Of a DNA stretch of 64,000 bases, positions 49,314 to 62,677 are shown one piece after another (the first letter of the stretch is position 1; each line of letters begins with the position of its first letter). This stretch comes from Curvularia clavata (lineage: Eukaryota). The stretch spans positions 2,604,001 to 2,668,000 of the forward strand of contig CP089278.1 of assembly GCA_023920165.1 (NCBI GenBank). The letters run 5' to 3'. Made by a program: the position numbers and the translations under genes. Below the pieces are notes generated by a model that ran no database searches, was not told the DNA's origin, and saw nothing but the letters and a program-made list of their open reading frames with translations.

Positions 49314-50491
49314 TCAGTTCTCAGCAAAGAAGTTCTTCAGTTGCTCATCCAGCCATTTGACATCCTCTGTTGACTGTCCAGGACCACCAGCCCTGTCGCG
49401 CCTGTTAGTCACAGCCATGTAGCGACGTCTCAGTAGGTAAACTCACCAATGTCCCCAAATAGAGGGAAAAACTTTTAGTGTCCCCACGCCAGGGCTCATA
49501 TTCTGAACTTCAATCTCAGAATCCTCAGGTGGGAAGTAGAGATCTGTTTTCGCAGGAAGAACTAGCGTTTTCGCCTTGATGGCCTTCATTGCCTTCGCAA
49601 AGTCACCGTTGTATGGTTCTTGCTGTGAGCAATCACCTGCCTGCCATGTGTGCGCCATGACGAGCATATTCTCTGGGTCTTTCGACAGCGCCCACGCCTC
49701 CCAAAAGTTGACGAGAAAGTCATCAAGGTCCTTGAAACCCAGCTTAGGGGCACTTTGATACAGCTTTTCGCGATAAAAAGCTTGGGAGAAGCCCCAACCA
49801 GCGTAAACGCGCCCAAGAGCCTTAAGGCCAGCTTCTCGTGTCTCAGATGAGAATGACACTTTCTTGCCCTGCGCGGTGTAGAGATCTGGCTTTGCAACGC
49901 CTGCTGAGCTGGTGCCGAGCGCAGCGTAAAGACTGCTCTTGACACCCTCTAGGAAGACTTGGTTGTGCAAGCTGGTTTTCGCGCTTCCACAGAATGGTAT
50001 GGCAAGGTCCATAAAATCTGGAAACTGTGTTGCCCATTGATATGTCTGCCCGGCACCCATTGACCACCCAAGCACTGCACGAGCATGTTTGATGCCTAAA
50101 TGTTTCGTCACAAGCTCGTGTTGCGCACGTACGTTGTCATAAAACAGCACCTCGGGGAACGGGCGTAGATCAGGCATGTTTGATGGCGAAGAAGACTGGC
50201 CATTGCCGAAGAGAGCAGGCATGATGATGTAGTACTTGGAAGGGTTCAGTGTTTTATTTTCGCCCGTGAGCCAGATGTTGTCAGATATCGCTACATCGAG
50301 CAGTCAGCCAATACGTGATCGCGCTTTAGAGCGCTTTGCTTACTTCCAGAGTACCATGTTGGGTAGATGATGGCTGGCAACGACGGATCACCTAGCGTCT
50401 TGTATGCGATAAAAGCATCCGGTATTTCACCTCCAGATTTGAGCTTGAAGTTCCCTAGCTTATAGGTCTGGTAGTCGCTATCAGACGACAT
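49314..50491 (-). CDS. Homoserine-acetyltransferase-like alpha/beta hydrolase; introns 50291-50343 and 49393-49446
   Basis: LGNFKLKSGGEI..AYKTLG, GNGQSSSPSN, nucleophile GWSMG, acid TDLYFPP, His SIWGH|WAG. Confidence 0.88.
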
Positions 50492-50841
50492 GTTGAACTC
50501 GATTTCAGCTTTCACAAATGATCAGAAGACGGAAGCATAAGGTGTGAGTTGAACAGCAAGAGGTCAGATCTAGCACCCCTCATAAGGTTTCACAATGGGC
50601 CCTTTGTTAAGCCGAGCTTCCATTGAGCACTGGTGTTGTTATCACCATGGCGGGGTAGCTCAGACCCCTGGCGGGGTACATGACGTTGCCAAATCCCAAA
50701 TCCTACGAACCTGGCCTCCAAGAAAATGTCCCGCACATAACCGCATGGGCGACAAAATTTGCTAAACTCCCATCCGAAAGGATCAATCTTGAAGGCATTG
50801 CTCACGATACAGTTGTGCTTGAATAGCCGTGCGAAGTGAAG

Positions 50842-52089
50842 ATGCAGCAAGCTTTCTTAACGTTTGCTTTCGGCATTTCGCGGCAATCTCGGATTTCTCT
50901 GAAAGCCCGGGAATTATATCCGTCCTCCATTTGCCGTGTCGCTAGCATTCTGGAGCCGATTGCTCATCCTTTACTAAGTAGCAGCCCTTTCTCTCCTCAT
51001 CGACGTCAGATACATCGTCAGAAGGAGCAGCGGTAATTAAAAGACGGCCGTTTCCCTTGGCCACAGCAATTCAAAACGTACACTAACGCCCCCAATTCTA
51101 AAGAAAAGAATACCACAAAAAGACCCAAAACATGGCTACTGGACGCGCAGATGCTGAAAAAGAGATAAAACGCAACCCGCACGGGGACTTCAAAGCTGTC
51201 GAAGCCTCCCGCCCGCCCTTTGACAAGACGGCTTCATTCCACTATACGCAGACGCCTAAGACAAACTGGACACCTGGCAGCGGCCCCAACAATGCATCAA
51301 GTGAGGGCAAATCGCACCGCTCCATCGATCCATACGAGCAAGGCCGGCCAGTAGTGCACAACTACAAGATGCTCATATCCGCCATTGTACCGCGCCCTAT
51401 TGGCTTCACTTCAACCATAAGTGCAGACGGACAATCCACCAACCTCGCACCATTCAGCTACTTTAACCTCGTAAACCACGATCCTCCCATGTTTGTCCTC
51501 GGCTTTGCCGGCGGCCTGGATCGAGCCAAGGACACGCTCAAGAACCTGCTCGATACCAAAGAAGCGACCATCAACATCATTTCAGAGGATTACATCGAGG
51601 CCGCGAATTTCACGAGCATCAATGCGCCGATTGGCATCAGTGAGTGGTCATTCAGCGGGCTGCATCCTGAGAAGAGTAAGATTGTTCGCCCAGATCGCGT
51701 CAAGGAGGCTGTCTTTAGTATCGAGGCCAAGTTGGTGAGCACGACTGAGTGGACGAGTAAGAACCCGGATACGCCGGGAAAGAAGACGGGAGTCACAGCT
51801 TTTCTCGAGGGTGTCAATTTTTGGGTTCGAGAGGATGCAATTGATGAGCAGGGCGTGCTTGTTGATCCGGCGGTAAGTTTACACGTGATCATGTTAATGT
51901 TTAATTGCTTTCGAATGTGCTAATGTATGCTTTGTACTGTAGGTTCTCAAGCCAATCTCCAGGCTTGGCGGTATCACGTATGGACGCACGACACAGGCGT
52001 TTGAGCTCCCGAGACCAGACTATGACGAGGTTACTAAGGATCCTGGAGTGAAGAAACTGGCGAAGCCAAAGGGCGAGAGCCAATTGTAG
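50842..52089 (+). CDS. Flavin-reductase-like (FMN split-barrel) flavoprotein; core from ATG 51132, probable upstream exon from ATG 50842 (intron 51033-51103); intron 51873-51942
   Basis: KRNPHGDFKAVEASRP, YKMLISAIVPRPIG, NLAPFSYF, KDTLKN, LKPISRLGGITYG; TAG 52087-52089. The upstream exon is less certain than the core. Confidence 0.88.
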
Positions 52090-52315
52090 ACGAAGACAAA
52101 GACGTAGACATAGACACTCAGACTTAGAATATTGCGTTTTTGAAAGAAAAAAAGGGAGTGAGGAAAAGGAAGACGTGCTTAGTGTTGTTTGATTTTTTTG
52201 ATACACATTACGTGTCCTACCCTACGTTGCCTTTTTCTTCTTTTCTTTTCTTTTCTTTTCTTTTCTCTTCGCTGGTTCTACCAAGACTTGATCTATACCC
52301 AGTGTCATTAGTTGC

Positions 52316-53984
52316 TTACTCCTGCCTCTCCTTGGCATCGTCAACCGCCTTGCTCCAATCATACACCTTCATGTAAATGCCCTCTGAAATCGTAATACAC
52401 GAGCTACCCACGGCACACCCAGTCCAGAGTCCGACGAGTTTCAAATCGCGCGGGAAGCATAGGAAGAGTGCGAGTGGTACTGCAATGACGTAGTAAACGA
52501 ACAGATTGCACCAACCGCCAATACTCTGTTTACCCAGACCGCGTAGTATAGCATTGACCATTGCTGTTGTCGAATCTGCGAACTGGAAAGCAGCGAGTAG
52601 AGGTAGTACAGTGGCAACAATGCTCACAACTTCAGGGTCGCTAGTGAAGGCGCGGGGTAGAATGTTGCGGAATGCCGTGAGGAAGATGAAGTCGATGAGT
52701 CCAATTGCAAGAAAGACCACAACATAAGTTTTTGTAGCTGTGCGAGCGGCTGAGAGGGAGCCTGCTCCGATGAGATTGCCCAGGCGGGTGGAGACGGCGA
52801 CTCCAACGCTGAAAGGCACATGGTAGATGGCTACAGCAAGGGTCATCACGCTGCAGGTATTGTGTTAGTATAAACTAGAAGTCTGTGTAGGTCACTGTGA
52901 CTTACATTGATTGAGCCGCTAGATGAGCAGTAGAAAGATAGCTTGTGGAGAAGGTGAGAATGTCCTGTGGAAATTAGCATACCCATTACCGAGCTGTGTA
53001 GATAGACAACATACGAATGCAAGCCATTCTGTCTCCACCATAATGATACCTGGTACTGCTAGTTTAGCCATTGGTCCCCAGTTTGTGAACGCAGCCGTAG
53101 TGAAGCCGCCCCAACACTCGAGCGACGCTGGGTTCACAAAATAGACGTAGACGAAGAGGAGCACTGGCAGAAGATTGTTAGAAACAACGGTCGCAAGCGC
53201 AGCACCAGTCAGATCCCAGTCCAGAACGAAGACAAATATGTAGTTTAGGGCAATGTTGACAGGTGTTGCAATGAGCAAAACGAAGAGAGAGGCATTGAAG
53301 AGGCCCTGGGCTTGTGTGAATCTCTTGCCAGCTTCAAAGATTGCATATCCTGGTGCACCGGCTAGTAATAACGAGAGATAGTAGCCGGCAAGGTGAGCCA
53401 ATTCCTTTTCTGGAACGAGAGCTGCGAGAATCCAGCCTGAACATAGCCAGATGGCGCCAATGGGAATGGTGACGGCCAGCATGAACAAGATCATGCGCTG
53501 GAGGTGGAGGCCAACCATTGCCTTCTTTCCAGAACCGTAGGCCTGTGCACAGAGGGTATCCAGAGAGGTGGCCAGTCCTTCGTAGATAGCCAGTCCTGTG
53601 ATGTTGGCCGTCATGGTAGCCAGAGAAACGGCTCCAAGCTCATCTGTCCCGACTGCAGTGGTACTAAGTCAGTATGTGCTACAAAGATTTTTGTCATATG
53701 AAGTACTTACTGTGTCCGACAACAAAGATGGTGATGAGGCTGAACGAGTACTGTAGTAAATAAGTTCCCATGAGCGGAACACTGTACTGGAACAGCAACT
53801 TGGCCTCCTGTCGCGCCGTCGTGCCCAGCTCTTCCACTGCACCATCTCCGATCAGACTTTCGATTTCGGATGGATCGCCAACGGTCCCATACTGATTCTG
53901 CCTTGCCGCATTGTCGTGTGCCTTCAGTAAGCCCACGCGCTCAGCGGTACTAGTAGAAAATCGGCGGGTGTCGGAAGCGTCCAT
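52316..53984 (-). CDS. MATE-family efflux transporter (Erc1-like), 4 exons
   Basis: EAKLLFQYSVPL, MTANITG, SLDTLCAQAYGSG, FEAGKRFTQAQG, STRLGNLIGAG, ILRGLGKQSIG. Confidence 0.93.
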
Positions 53985-55651
53985 TGTGTATGCGGTGCTG
54001 CCGCCGGAAGTGAATGGAAACGGAACAAAAACCAGGGCTAAGGACGATATATCATAGTCGCACTCCGAAGGCGCGTCTCTGGTGGTGTGCTCGACTTTGT
54101 TATGGTGTTGCGAGCTTCCTTTTGGCTGTGGCTGCCACAGTGGGGCGAGGAGCCGCGCCTCTGGGCCCTGTGCTGTTAATGGCGCCATGGGGGGAGGGTA
54201 GGACGGGGCGGCTTGTAGCGAAGCAGTAAGGCGTCGGAGGGTCTACTGAGACTGGGCAGCATAATCTGCTGGTGCGCGCGCCTGGGTGGAGTTCCTGTCT
54301 CCGCGAACGTTGCCCGGATGAGGGAAACTTGTACCCACAGCTGCCCGCGGGTGGACCTGGGTTGATTGATGGGCGGAGATGAACTATTGCTTTTCTTTTC
54401 ACCTGGTCCCGCCTGCGGCTTTCGTGCCCGCCATGTTGACTTGCATGCTTATGCTGCTGGGGACTGCCAGTCGCAACCATGGACCGTGTGCCATAGGCTG
54501 GGAGAGCGCGGGCCGTCAGAGGATTCGGGCGATTTCTTATTGGCGAGCGCGCGTTTGGTTGATCTGACCACCTCCGGCTGGGCCAGACTTGCGGCAATGT
54601 ACTGTTCGTCGTCAGTAAGCGTTTGCCGGTGGTCTTTGCTCAGATTTGTGTCTTAGATCCTATCAAAGTAGCAGCAATATAAGATATTCATGGGTTCTGT
54701 CTGCGATGGTCGAGTCCCGTGCTGCGCGCATCTCCGCATATAGGGACTACCCGTCGGCGTTGCGTGCATCCGCCCAACCAAGAGTACTGCGCCTGCAGAA
54801 CGGAGCAGCTTCGTCATACATCGTCTTTCTTGTGTATGCCACTCGGAGAAAGGCTTCTATCCAGAGCCATAACGCGGTTGCTCTATGTCTCACATAGTGT
54901 AAGCCTATCTCCTAACCTGTTCACAGACCTCAACATGTGCCTTTATTTATGAAAGAACGGTGTGTCGATCGGGTGTCTTTGGTCAGATACACCAACATCA
55001 AGAAGTTTATGTGCTCTTGCATAATGATTCTTGCAATAAGGTCTGCAATGAAAGGGGGTTGAAAAGGATGACCTCATTGTCTAGTCGACAGGTGCCATGC
55101 CGGCTATATCCCAAAGCGACCTGTATCGACATGCGGGACCTTGACCGCCAGATCTCCATCTGGGGAAGAATCGCATACTTGTATTCACTCCCTTCTCAGA
55201 TCAAGCTTTTGCCAATTTCGCTTAAGCTCATCTAAATGTTGTCACTGGCCTTATTTGATTGGACTACCAGGCTGGTGACTTGCAGCGGACTGTCTCCTAG
55301 CTCTCTAAGTGGCTGATCTTCCCACTTAGTCTCCTGGACATGCTGCTTGATGGTACGCCATCTGTTCTGTGCTGTGTCAATGAACCGTTACCACGCACTC
55401 AGCCACGATCCGCGGCATCTTCAGCTGGGCCACGCGTCATTTCTATATGTGTCGTGAAAGCTGACCTAGTCGCCGACTAGGGGGCCTCTGATATACGACG
55501 CGTACATTGGTAATAGATTGGCAGTGATTGGCCAGCCTGACCTGAGGCAAGTCCTAGGGCATGCCCATAAAACAATAGTATAGTTATGATGCTGAAGAGG
55601 ATGTGATATCCTCGTAGTTTTTTGTTTCGTCTGTGTCCAACATTGGCCAAG

Positions 55652-57167
55652 ATGAAGTACTCTAGCATGAACTTCGTACTCCTCTGTTTTCTAGGTAAGT
55701 CAAAGGACCCCCAGGTCGCCTGGTTGTAAGGCGAGAACAATCACTGATACTCAATCTCTCGAGCAGCTCTTTTCCACATTGTAGTTGCCTCAGACGCATC
55801 AGCGTCCCAGGATGAACCTGCGTACGCAACCTTCATCGAGCCCACTTCGCATGGCAACCTTACATTTGCCTTGAGTGCTGTAAACGGCACGGGTGACACG
55901 TACATTTACCTCTCTGCGCCCACAGCATACCAATGGGTCGGCGTGGGTACAGGTTCCCAGATGGCCGGCAGCGTAATGCTCATCGTCTATAAGAACAACT
56001 CTGCGAATGGTAGGTCCCCATACCCAATCCTACCTTCCAGTACACAGACAGACTTACACAGATGCAGGCGTGACACTCTCACCCCGCCTCGCCACAGGAG
56101 AGTCCCAACCCAACTACAGTTCCCGGATCAACTGCACCCTTCTATCCGGGACAGCAGACAAGAACAGCCAGTCCGGCACTAAGAGGAAAGCTAGGTCATC
56201 CTCATCATCCTCCAACTTCTTCAACACAACCATCCACTGCACCAATCTCCCCTCCTTCGGCCAAGACACCGGCACTCTCTCTTTCAATAACAAGCGCCAA
56301 CCCTTCATCTACGCCCTCGGCCCTCTCGCCTCCTCCCAAAAACTCTCAGACAACTCTGTATCAGCGAATATCCAAGAGCACAGCTCATACGGCAAGTTCT
56401 GGGTCGATATGGTTAACGCTACGTCTGCGTCGTCTAAAAGTTCTAGTGGCGAGCAGGTCGGTGTACCGAGCGGTGCGGCACTGATGGAGACGAAGAATGC
56501 AGGGACTGGGGGTGACGAAGACACCCTGAGTACCGTGCACGGTGTGTTTATGCTTCTCGCGTTCGTAATTCTGTTTCCCCTTGGTGCCATCTTGCTTCGC
56601 TGGCTCAAGAAAGGAGTCAGGGCACATTGGATTGTACAGAGTGTGGGTTTAGTACTCGTAGTAGTTGGAGGGGGTCTGGGGATTGCGCTTAGTGAGATGA
56701 GTGACGATGTAAGTTGCCTTCCTTCTTCCTCTTTGCTACTTAATAGGGTTCTTGAAAGACAGGTACTGACGGCTTAGAACTCTGATTATTCGGATCCTCA
56801 TCAGATCCTTGGTCTGATACTCTTTGGTCTCGTATTTGTCCAGTGGAGTCTCGGACTGTGGCATCACTTGCGCTATAAGCGATACCAGCGACCGACGGTA
56901 TTTGGAAAGATACATCGTGTTGTTGGGCCAGTCGTCTTGATAGTAGGGTTTTTGAATGGGTTCCTTGGGTACCGCCTCAGTGGCGATGATCATAACAACG
57001 TGTGGCTGGGTATTGTCGTTGCGGTTGTCGTGGTGATCACAGTAGTTATGCTGGGGTGGAAGCATCTGAAGATGAAGAAGGGAGACAAGGATGGAGAGGC
57101 CTACAACATGGCGCCTATGATCCGAAGAAGTGGAGAGGGCTATCGCTCGGATGAAGATAAAGAGTAG
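55652..57167 (+). CDS. Membrane protein with a DOMON (CDH cytochrome-like) domain plus a cytochrome b561 domain, 4 exons
   Basis: Signal peptide; WVGVGTGSQMAGSVM, VTLSPR, FIYALGP, IQEHSSYG (Met/His heme ligands); b561 His residues in HGVFM, HWIVQ, PHQILG, IHRVVG. Confidence 0.88.
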
Positions 57168-57413
57168 GTTGTGTGAGGTCTGCTGTTTGTCTGGTTGGGG
57201 AGCGTGCGTGGCATTTGCTGCATCTTCTACACTTTAGCACTTTATTTTGGTACACTTTTATTTGTTTCGTGCCGGAGGTAATAGTAGTACAACAGGGACA
57301 CTTGTAGAATAGGCTGCTTTCTTTCCTTTTTTATATGATATATACGCGTTAGCATGTTACTGAATGGGTAGCACATCGTTATGATAGAGTGACGCTGCGC
57401 ATACTACCACCTG

Positions 57414-57414
<1 letters not shown>

Positions 57415-57478
<64 letters not shown>

Positions 57479-57493
57479 TATATATATATATAT
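57415..57493. repeat. Compound microsatellite (CA)30 followed by (TA)7
   Basis: Perfect CA run 57415-57474, TA run 57479-57492. Confidence 0.98.
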
Positions 57494-59995
57494 GTATAGC
57501 TAGATTGCTTCGAGAACTGGAGTGAGGACATGTCACCTTGCGTAACTTAACACTTTCTGGCTTCTCCGAGCAAAAATAACATCGACTTGTTTATTCTCGC
57601 TTAAAGAAACAGATCTTTGCAGAGCGACCGCCCGCCATACCTACATTTGCCCCGAGGATCTATCAGGTTTAGGGAAATCTCAGGGTTTGGGAACTGGGAA
57701 ATAAAGGAGAGAAACGGGAAAAAATGTATTCTCTGCAATAGAGCTAGGGGTGGATTCAGCAACCGACGGATTGACCGAGCCAAAAGAAACAGATGGCTTC
57801 TCTCGATTTTCTGATGCTTCTATTATACAACCGTCTTTCTTTCCCTACAATACAGTAAAGTCCTAATGTCTTGTTTCCCTAAGTCTTCTAAAAGGAACAA
57901 CGTCACCACCTCAAAGGAAAAAGCATAAATCCATATACTACAAACCAAAGCATTCTTAATCAACCACACACTTTCTGAGGTGCAGTCTTTTTACGAGAGC
58001 CTGATTTTGCCTAATCCCCTCCTCCTCCTCTTCCTCTCCCCCACGACTCCGCTCCGCCCAGCTTAGCCGAGCCTAGTCTTTGCATATAGCCCAGTCCAGC
58101 CCACGCCATACCAAGAACACGCCAGGTAGTCGTAGACGCCCGCCCGTCCGCTTGCGCATGTACGCATACGTACGAAGACTATCTCCACTAGAAGAAAAAA
58201 GTGTCAGGAAGGCAAAGAGACATCGTTCTCCTCTTAATCAAAAGTCTGATGTATATCCACGTTTTTTTTCATGCAGGCCTACAGCAGAGTGAGAGCACAA
58301 ACAACACCTCCATCCACACATCTCGCCCATCTCCGTCTTGTCTATTAAGCGGGCCATATCCCAGAAAGGCAAGCCGCTCGCTCGCTGAACATACGCGCGC
58401 CCATTACCGCGCGGGGCAGCTTAACCCGCATGTGTCCGTGCCGCAAGGTCTCACATCCGACTGTCCTCTCCCTGCAGTGTAGCTAATTCCGAGCTCGAGC
58501 CAATCTATCGCATCATGCCATGGCGCTCCCTAGCACGATGTAGAAAGTTTTTCTTCCTGCTTCTTGCTTCCTGGGCATCGATGCGGAGAGCAGTTCCGTC
58601 GTGTTGGTTAGCAAGGAAATTCGGGTGTCCATGCATGCGCCGAGTAGTGTGTATTGCCGGCCTTACATACGCCTAGGTTACTCGACATATGTCTGCGTAT
58701 CCGTATAGCGGAGCGGAGAAAGGGGAGAGAAAGGAACAACTCCCTGCTCTCCTTCCACCCTAACCCCCAACCCCCAGCCCACCATCTTACGAGCTTTTCT
58801 GCGCCAAGGGCCCCCCATCTAGCCGACTCTGCATTAGCCCCAGGTAAAAAAGGTTGGGGGTAGGGAAGAGATATCTTTTCTTGTTGAGGGACCAGGTCGG
58901 GTTTCCTAGCTACATATTAGGCATGCATCTGCATCGGCAGCGGCATTCAAGATCACACTTGGCTGGCTGAGGGGGGAGTGGATAGAGCAAGGGAGGGGTA
59001 TGAACGGCCTTTGCTTCCTCTGTGTCGTACCGACTTGTAACGTACCCCACGCACGTGTGGCGCCGGCACTGGAGAAAATAGGGCCGAGCGCTCAGGCCAC
59101 CGAAAAAACGACGTAATGCCTAGCCTTGCTAGAAGGACCCTAGGCGATGATGAAATAGTGATAGGTTTGTTGTTCACTGGGCAAAGTGTCATCGATTACG
59201 TTGGTTTTGACAGTCCGCAAAAAACAAAGAGGGAGAGCAAAGGACTGGTGATGGGCTGCTGTGCGGTGAGAAAGGGGGCAAAACGCAATGCGACGCGTGT
59301 GTGCACGGAACCGCTGCTGTACGTGTTTGATGGTCATTAGGGAAGACGTGGTGCCTGCAGGGAGGTGTAAAAGATCTGCACCTACTGGTAAGTGAGGCTC
59401 AGTGACGATGGCATCCTACACTACTGCCCAATTGTCCAGCTGAGGGCTTAATCGGTGCACATCACTTTTGCATGCGTACGTACGTGCGTGGCTGCCATCG
59501 GGAATAACTCCAAGGCGCGTACTGCCGCTGCAAAAGAAAGTCTTACTTCGGAGAAAAAAAAACGCTCGTCGATCGCTAGACGCGCATGTATGATCATGGA
59601 ACATGATGGATTACTTAATTCTCAACTACTGTATATACATATGCGTTTGTAGTCTGAGAAATGCATTTTTTGTCTGCGGGGTCAAGCACTAAAAGCTGGG
59701 TGATACCTAGCAGAATCGTCGTAGATATACGTTGAGAAAGGAAGCAAAAGAACAAGGAAGTGCCCATTGTCGTGACAAAGTTTAGAAATTGGCAATATGC
59801 ATTCTATAGGACGAACCAAGCCCAATGCATGCAAGAGTAATGAAGGAAAATAACGCCAATCCTAGCATGAGAAACATGGAACCATTCCGAGGGTTCTTAC
59901 ATGGAAATAACGCCAGGGAAATGCAACAAGATGGGGAAATCTAGAGGCATCAAATATTGACAGCGAAGTGAAGACGAAGGAGGAAAAGGAGCGGA

Positions 59996-61113
59996 TTAAT
60001 CGGGCCTGGCGAGAATGGCGGCCACAGCGTCACACGGGGCGCAAGGATGGATCTTGCGTTTCGGCTCCTCGGGGGCAGGTGCAGGAGGCGAACATGCACA
60101 CTCTTCTTCTTGTTCGTCGTCGTCGGAAATAAAGGCTGAAGCACGGCGCGCCTGGGAGAGGCCTGAGGCTTCGATTGGCACAAAAAGGGATCCGCTACGC
60201 TCGTACTGTGGTGTGCACGATCCATCGGCAGAGAGGAAGACAGATGCACGTCTGGAAAAATGGCCGGTGGAGAGCTCATCGTCGCATGAGGGGTAGGCGG
60301 TACCCCAGAAAGGCAGTTTCGGGGGCGTTCCCTGGCCGTTGTATGGCACGTAAATGGACCCACCACGCGGTCTCAGGAAGGGACTGGGGTCGTCAAAGTC
60401 TTCGAATGGGCTTTCTCCTGCGCTCTTGTCGGATTCTTCTTTGGTGGCCTCTAGGTGGGATTTTTGCAGGGCCAATTCCAGTTCCTCTGCCGTGAATGGC
60501 TGCGAAGCTTGGCGAGTGCGGTCTGATGCAGTAGTCGGTCTCGATGATTGCCGGGCGTCGCTAGTCCGGCTGGCACCTGTTGATTGTTTCCGGCGTGCGT
60601 CGCGAGGATCCTCGGTAGGATTACGGGAGAGGCCGACTAGGCACGTCAGTAAGGCATCTGCCATATCCAAAAGACATTGTACATACCATTCAACACGTCG
60701 CCCTCGTCGTCAGAGGCTTCCTTGATGTTGGCAGGCCTGTCGTCGCCGGCAATGCTAGCGCCGATACCGCTGTCTACCCACTCGGACTCCGGGTCGTAGT
60801 CTGAGGCACAGCTGCCTCTTCTGCTGCGGTGCATGCTGCGGCTGCGGCTCCTCCTCCTGAAGCTGCTTCGGCGACTGGGCAGTCTGCTTCCCATGGGCGA
60901 GTAGAGTGAGGCGTTGCTGTGTCGGCGCCATGCAGTGGAAAAACTAAAGGCCTCGAGTTTCTTCTTGTGTTCTGGGTCGACGGCACGACGGTACTTGAGC
61001 GGGGGCATCTTCTCTCCAGGCTTGTAGAAGTCGGACTCTGGCTCCTCTGGCTTTGCGTGTCTGGAGCCAGCCGTGAGTACACGCTTTAACCGGGTGCGCA
61101 GATGGCCAGGCAT
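59996..61113 (-). CDS. Conserved-looking fungal hypothetical protein, Arg/Ser-rich and largely disordered; intron 60637-60686
   Basis: ATG 61113; 'YKPGEKMPPLKYRRAVDPEHKKKLEAFSF...SLYSPMGSRLPSRRSS...DDEGDVLN|VGLSR...PFTAEELELALQKS'; GTATGT/CTGAC/TAG intron joins two track ORFs in frame. Confidence 0.8.
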
Positions 61114-62677
61114 TGTGGGCGGCGGGCGGGGGGGTGATTGGATTCGGGTACTATGGCGTGCAGGCCGTGGTGGTGGTGGTGTATGTGGTTGTGGGTTAAG
61201 GTGTGGAGGAGAAGTTGAGAAGAGGGCAGTCGGAAGAGCGATCCGATATGATGTCGGGTGCAGTGCAGTGAGGCTGATTAGCTGTGGGGGCGTCACACAG
61301 ACGCTGAGAGAGCCCTAGGCCTGATTGGAGGGCGGGCCACGCTGAAGGACAAGGACACGGCGCAAGGCACTCAGTCTCGTGTCAGGCGGTTGGACTGGGG
61401 AAGCGGAGAGGACTCGAGTATGTATATGACGGGCAGCGGGTGGGCGGCAATGCAAGGCTAGAAGAAAAGGCGGAGGGTCGCACAGCGCTTGGCCGCCCTG
61501 CACTTGTGCTGCACCAACTGACGACGCTTCGCTTCGACGCTGCGCCGACGAGCGAGGGGGTCACTTAGCCCTGGGCGGCGGTAGAAGTTTTCTGGAATCC
61601 CAAGACCAAGACCGCCCAAGACAGGCGCGAAAAGCGCAACAGGGCCCGGGAGCACGTCGGCCGAAGGCAAAGAAAAGCCCATGGCCAGTGGGCCAGACGG
61701 CCCCAGGCGTGAGCGCTAGACCGCGCAGGGGAGAACTGCCGTTGTGTTGCAGCCGTGCCTCGCCACCCGCTGGTAATTCGCGCACTCCGCCTCGATAGCG
61801 CAGCGTAGTCCTGAGCGGGCTTGGAGCCAACCTCGAATCGAGCGGCATCGCGTCCATGTTCATGTATGTACTTTAAGTTTGTGTATGCCAGTGTGCTGGG
61901 ACCTACGCCCAGTACATTTCAGTCCAGTCCAGCACAATAGAGTACGGGGGACATGACCATCACAACACGGTATAATGCAGCACGCCTCAGCACACCTCAG
62001 CACAGCACCCGCACATGGTCATCGGTCAACCAGCGGCCATACAGAGGCCGTGTATGCTGTTTACTACCACGGGCGCAGCAAAATGTAACCACTCCAGAGA
62101 CATCGGTACCACCCTGACATGGCTGCCCATCATTTCCATGGCTGCCCACGCCCGACACTGAGCTGGACTTGACTGGGCTGGGCGGGACGGCACTGGCCCG
62201 ACTGATCGCTTGCCAGGATGACGCTGCCCCGCATCCTTCAGCCCGGCGACCCTTTTTTTTTTGTGAACAGTAAAATGCACTGTATTTATCCTATGGTACT
62301 GGGTCGCTAGACGGCGCAGCAATCGCTCGAAGCGGAACACTGCGTAGTCTTCGCATCGCTGCATTCGGTGCACTGCCGTAGCTGGCTCCAGTCGCTGCCC
62401 TGATTGGCCGGCGCGTCCCTAGCCTCTGCAGCTACTCAGCTACCCCAACACCATGACCTCATCGGCGTCGAGCTGGTCGACGGTGCTACAAACACGCCGT
62501 CATGTCTTGACCTCACCAGCTGTGCCTTGTTTCTGCTCACTCTGCCCTCCTTTACTACTAATCAATTCCACTATTCGCGTAATTTGAATTAATTCCCGCT
62601 TGCGCTGACCCTGGCCTTTCATCTCAAGCCCATCCTTCCTCGGACCCTGGCCAGATTCACGGCCTGCTACCCTCAAC

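Noticed and set aside
49314..50491. Calling the alpha/beta hydrolase MET2
   Set aside because: Lacks the HALTG/HALSG and GGSMGG signatures of true homoserine O-acetyltransferases (has PTWYSG and GWSMGA).
58757..58766. ACCCTAACCC as a telomerase RNA template
   Set aside because: A 10-nt match to the telomere repeat is expected by chance in 64 kb; no convincing pseudoknot, CR4/5 or ATAAGT-type 3' processing site seen nearby.
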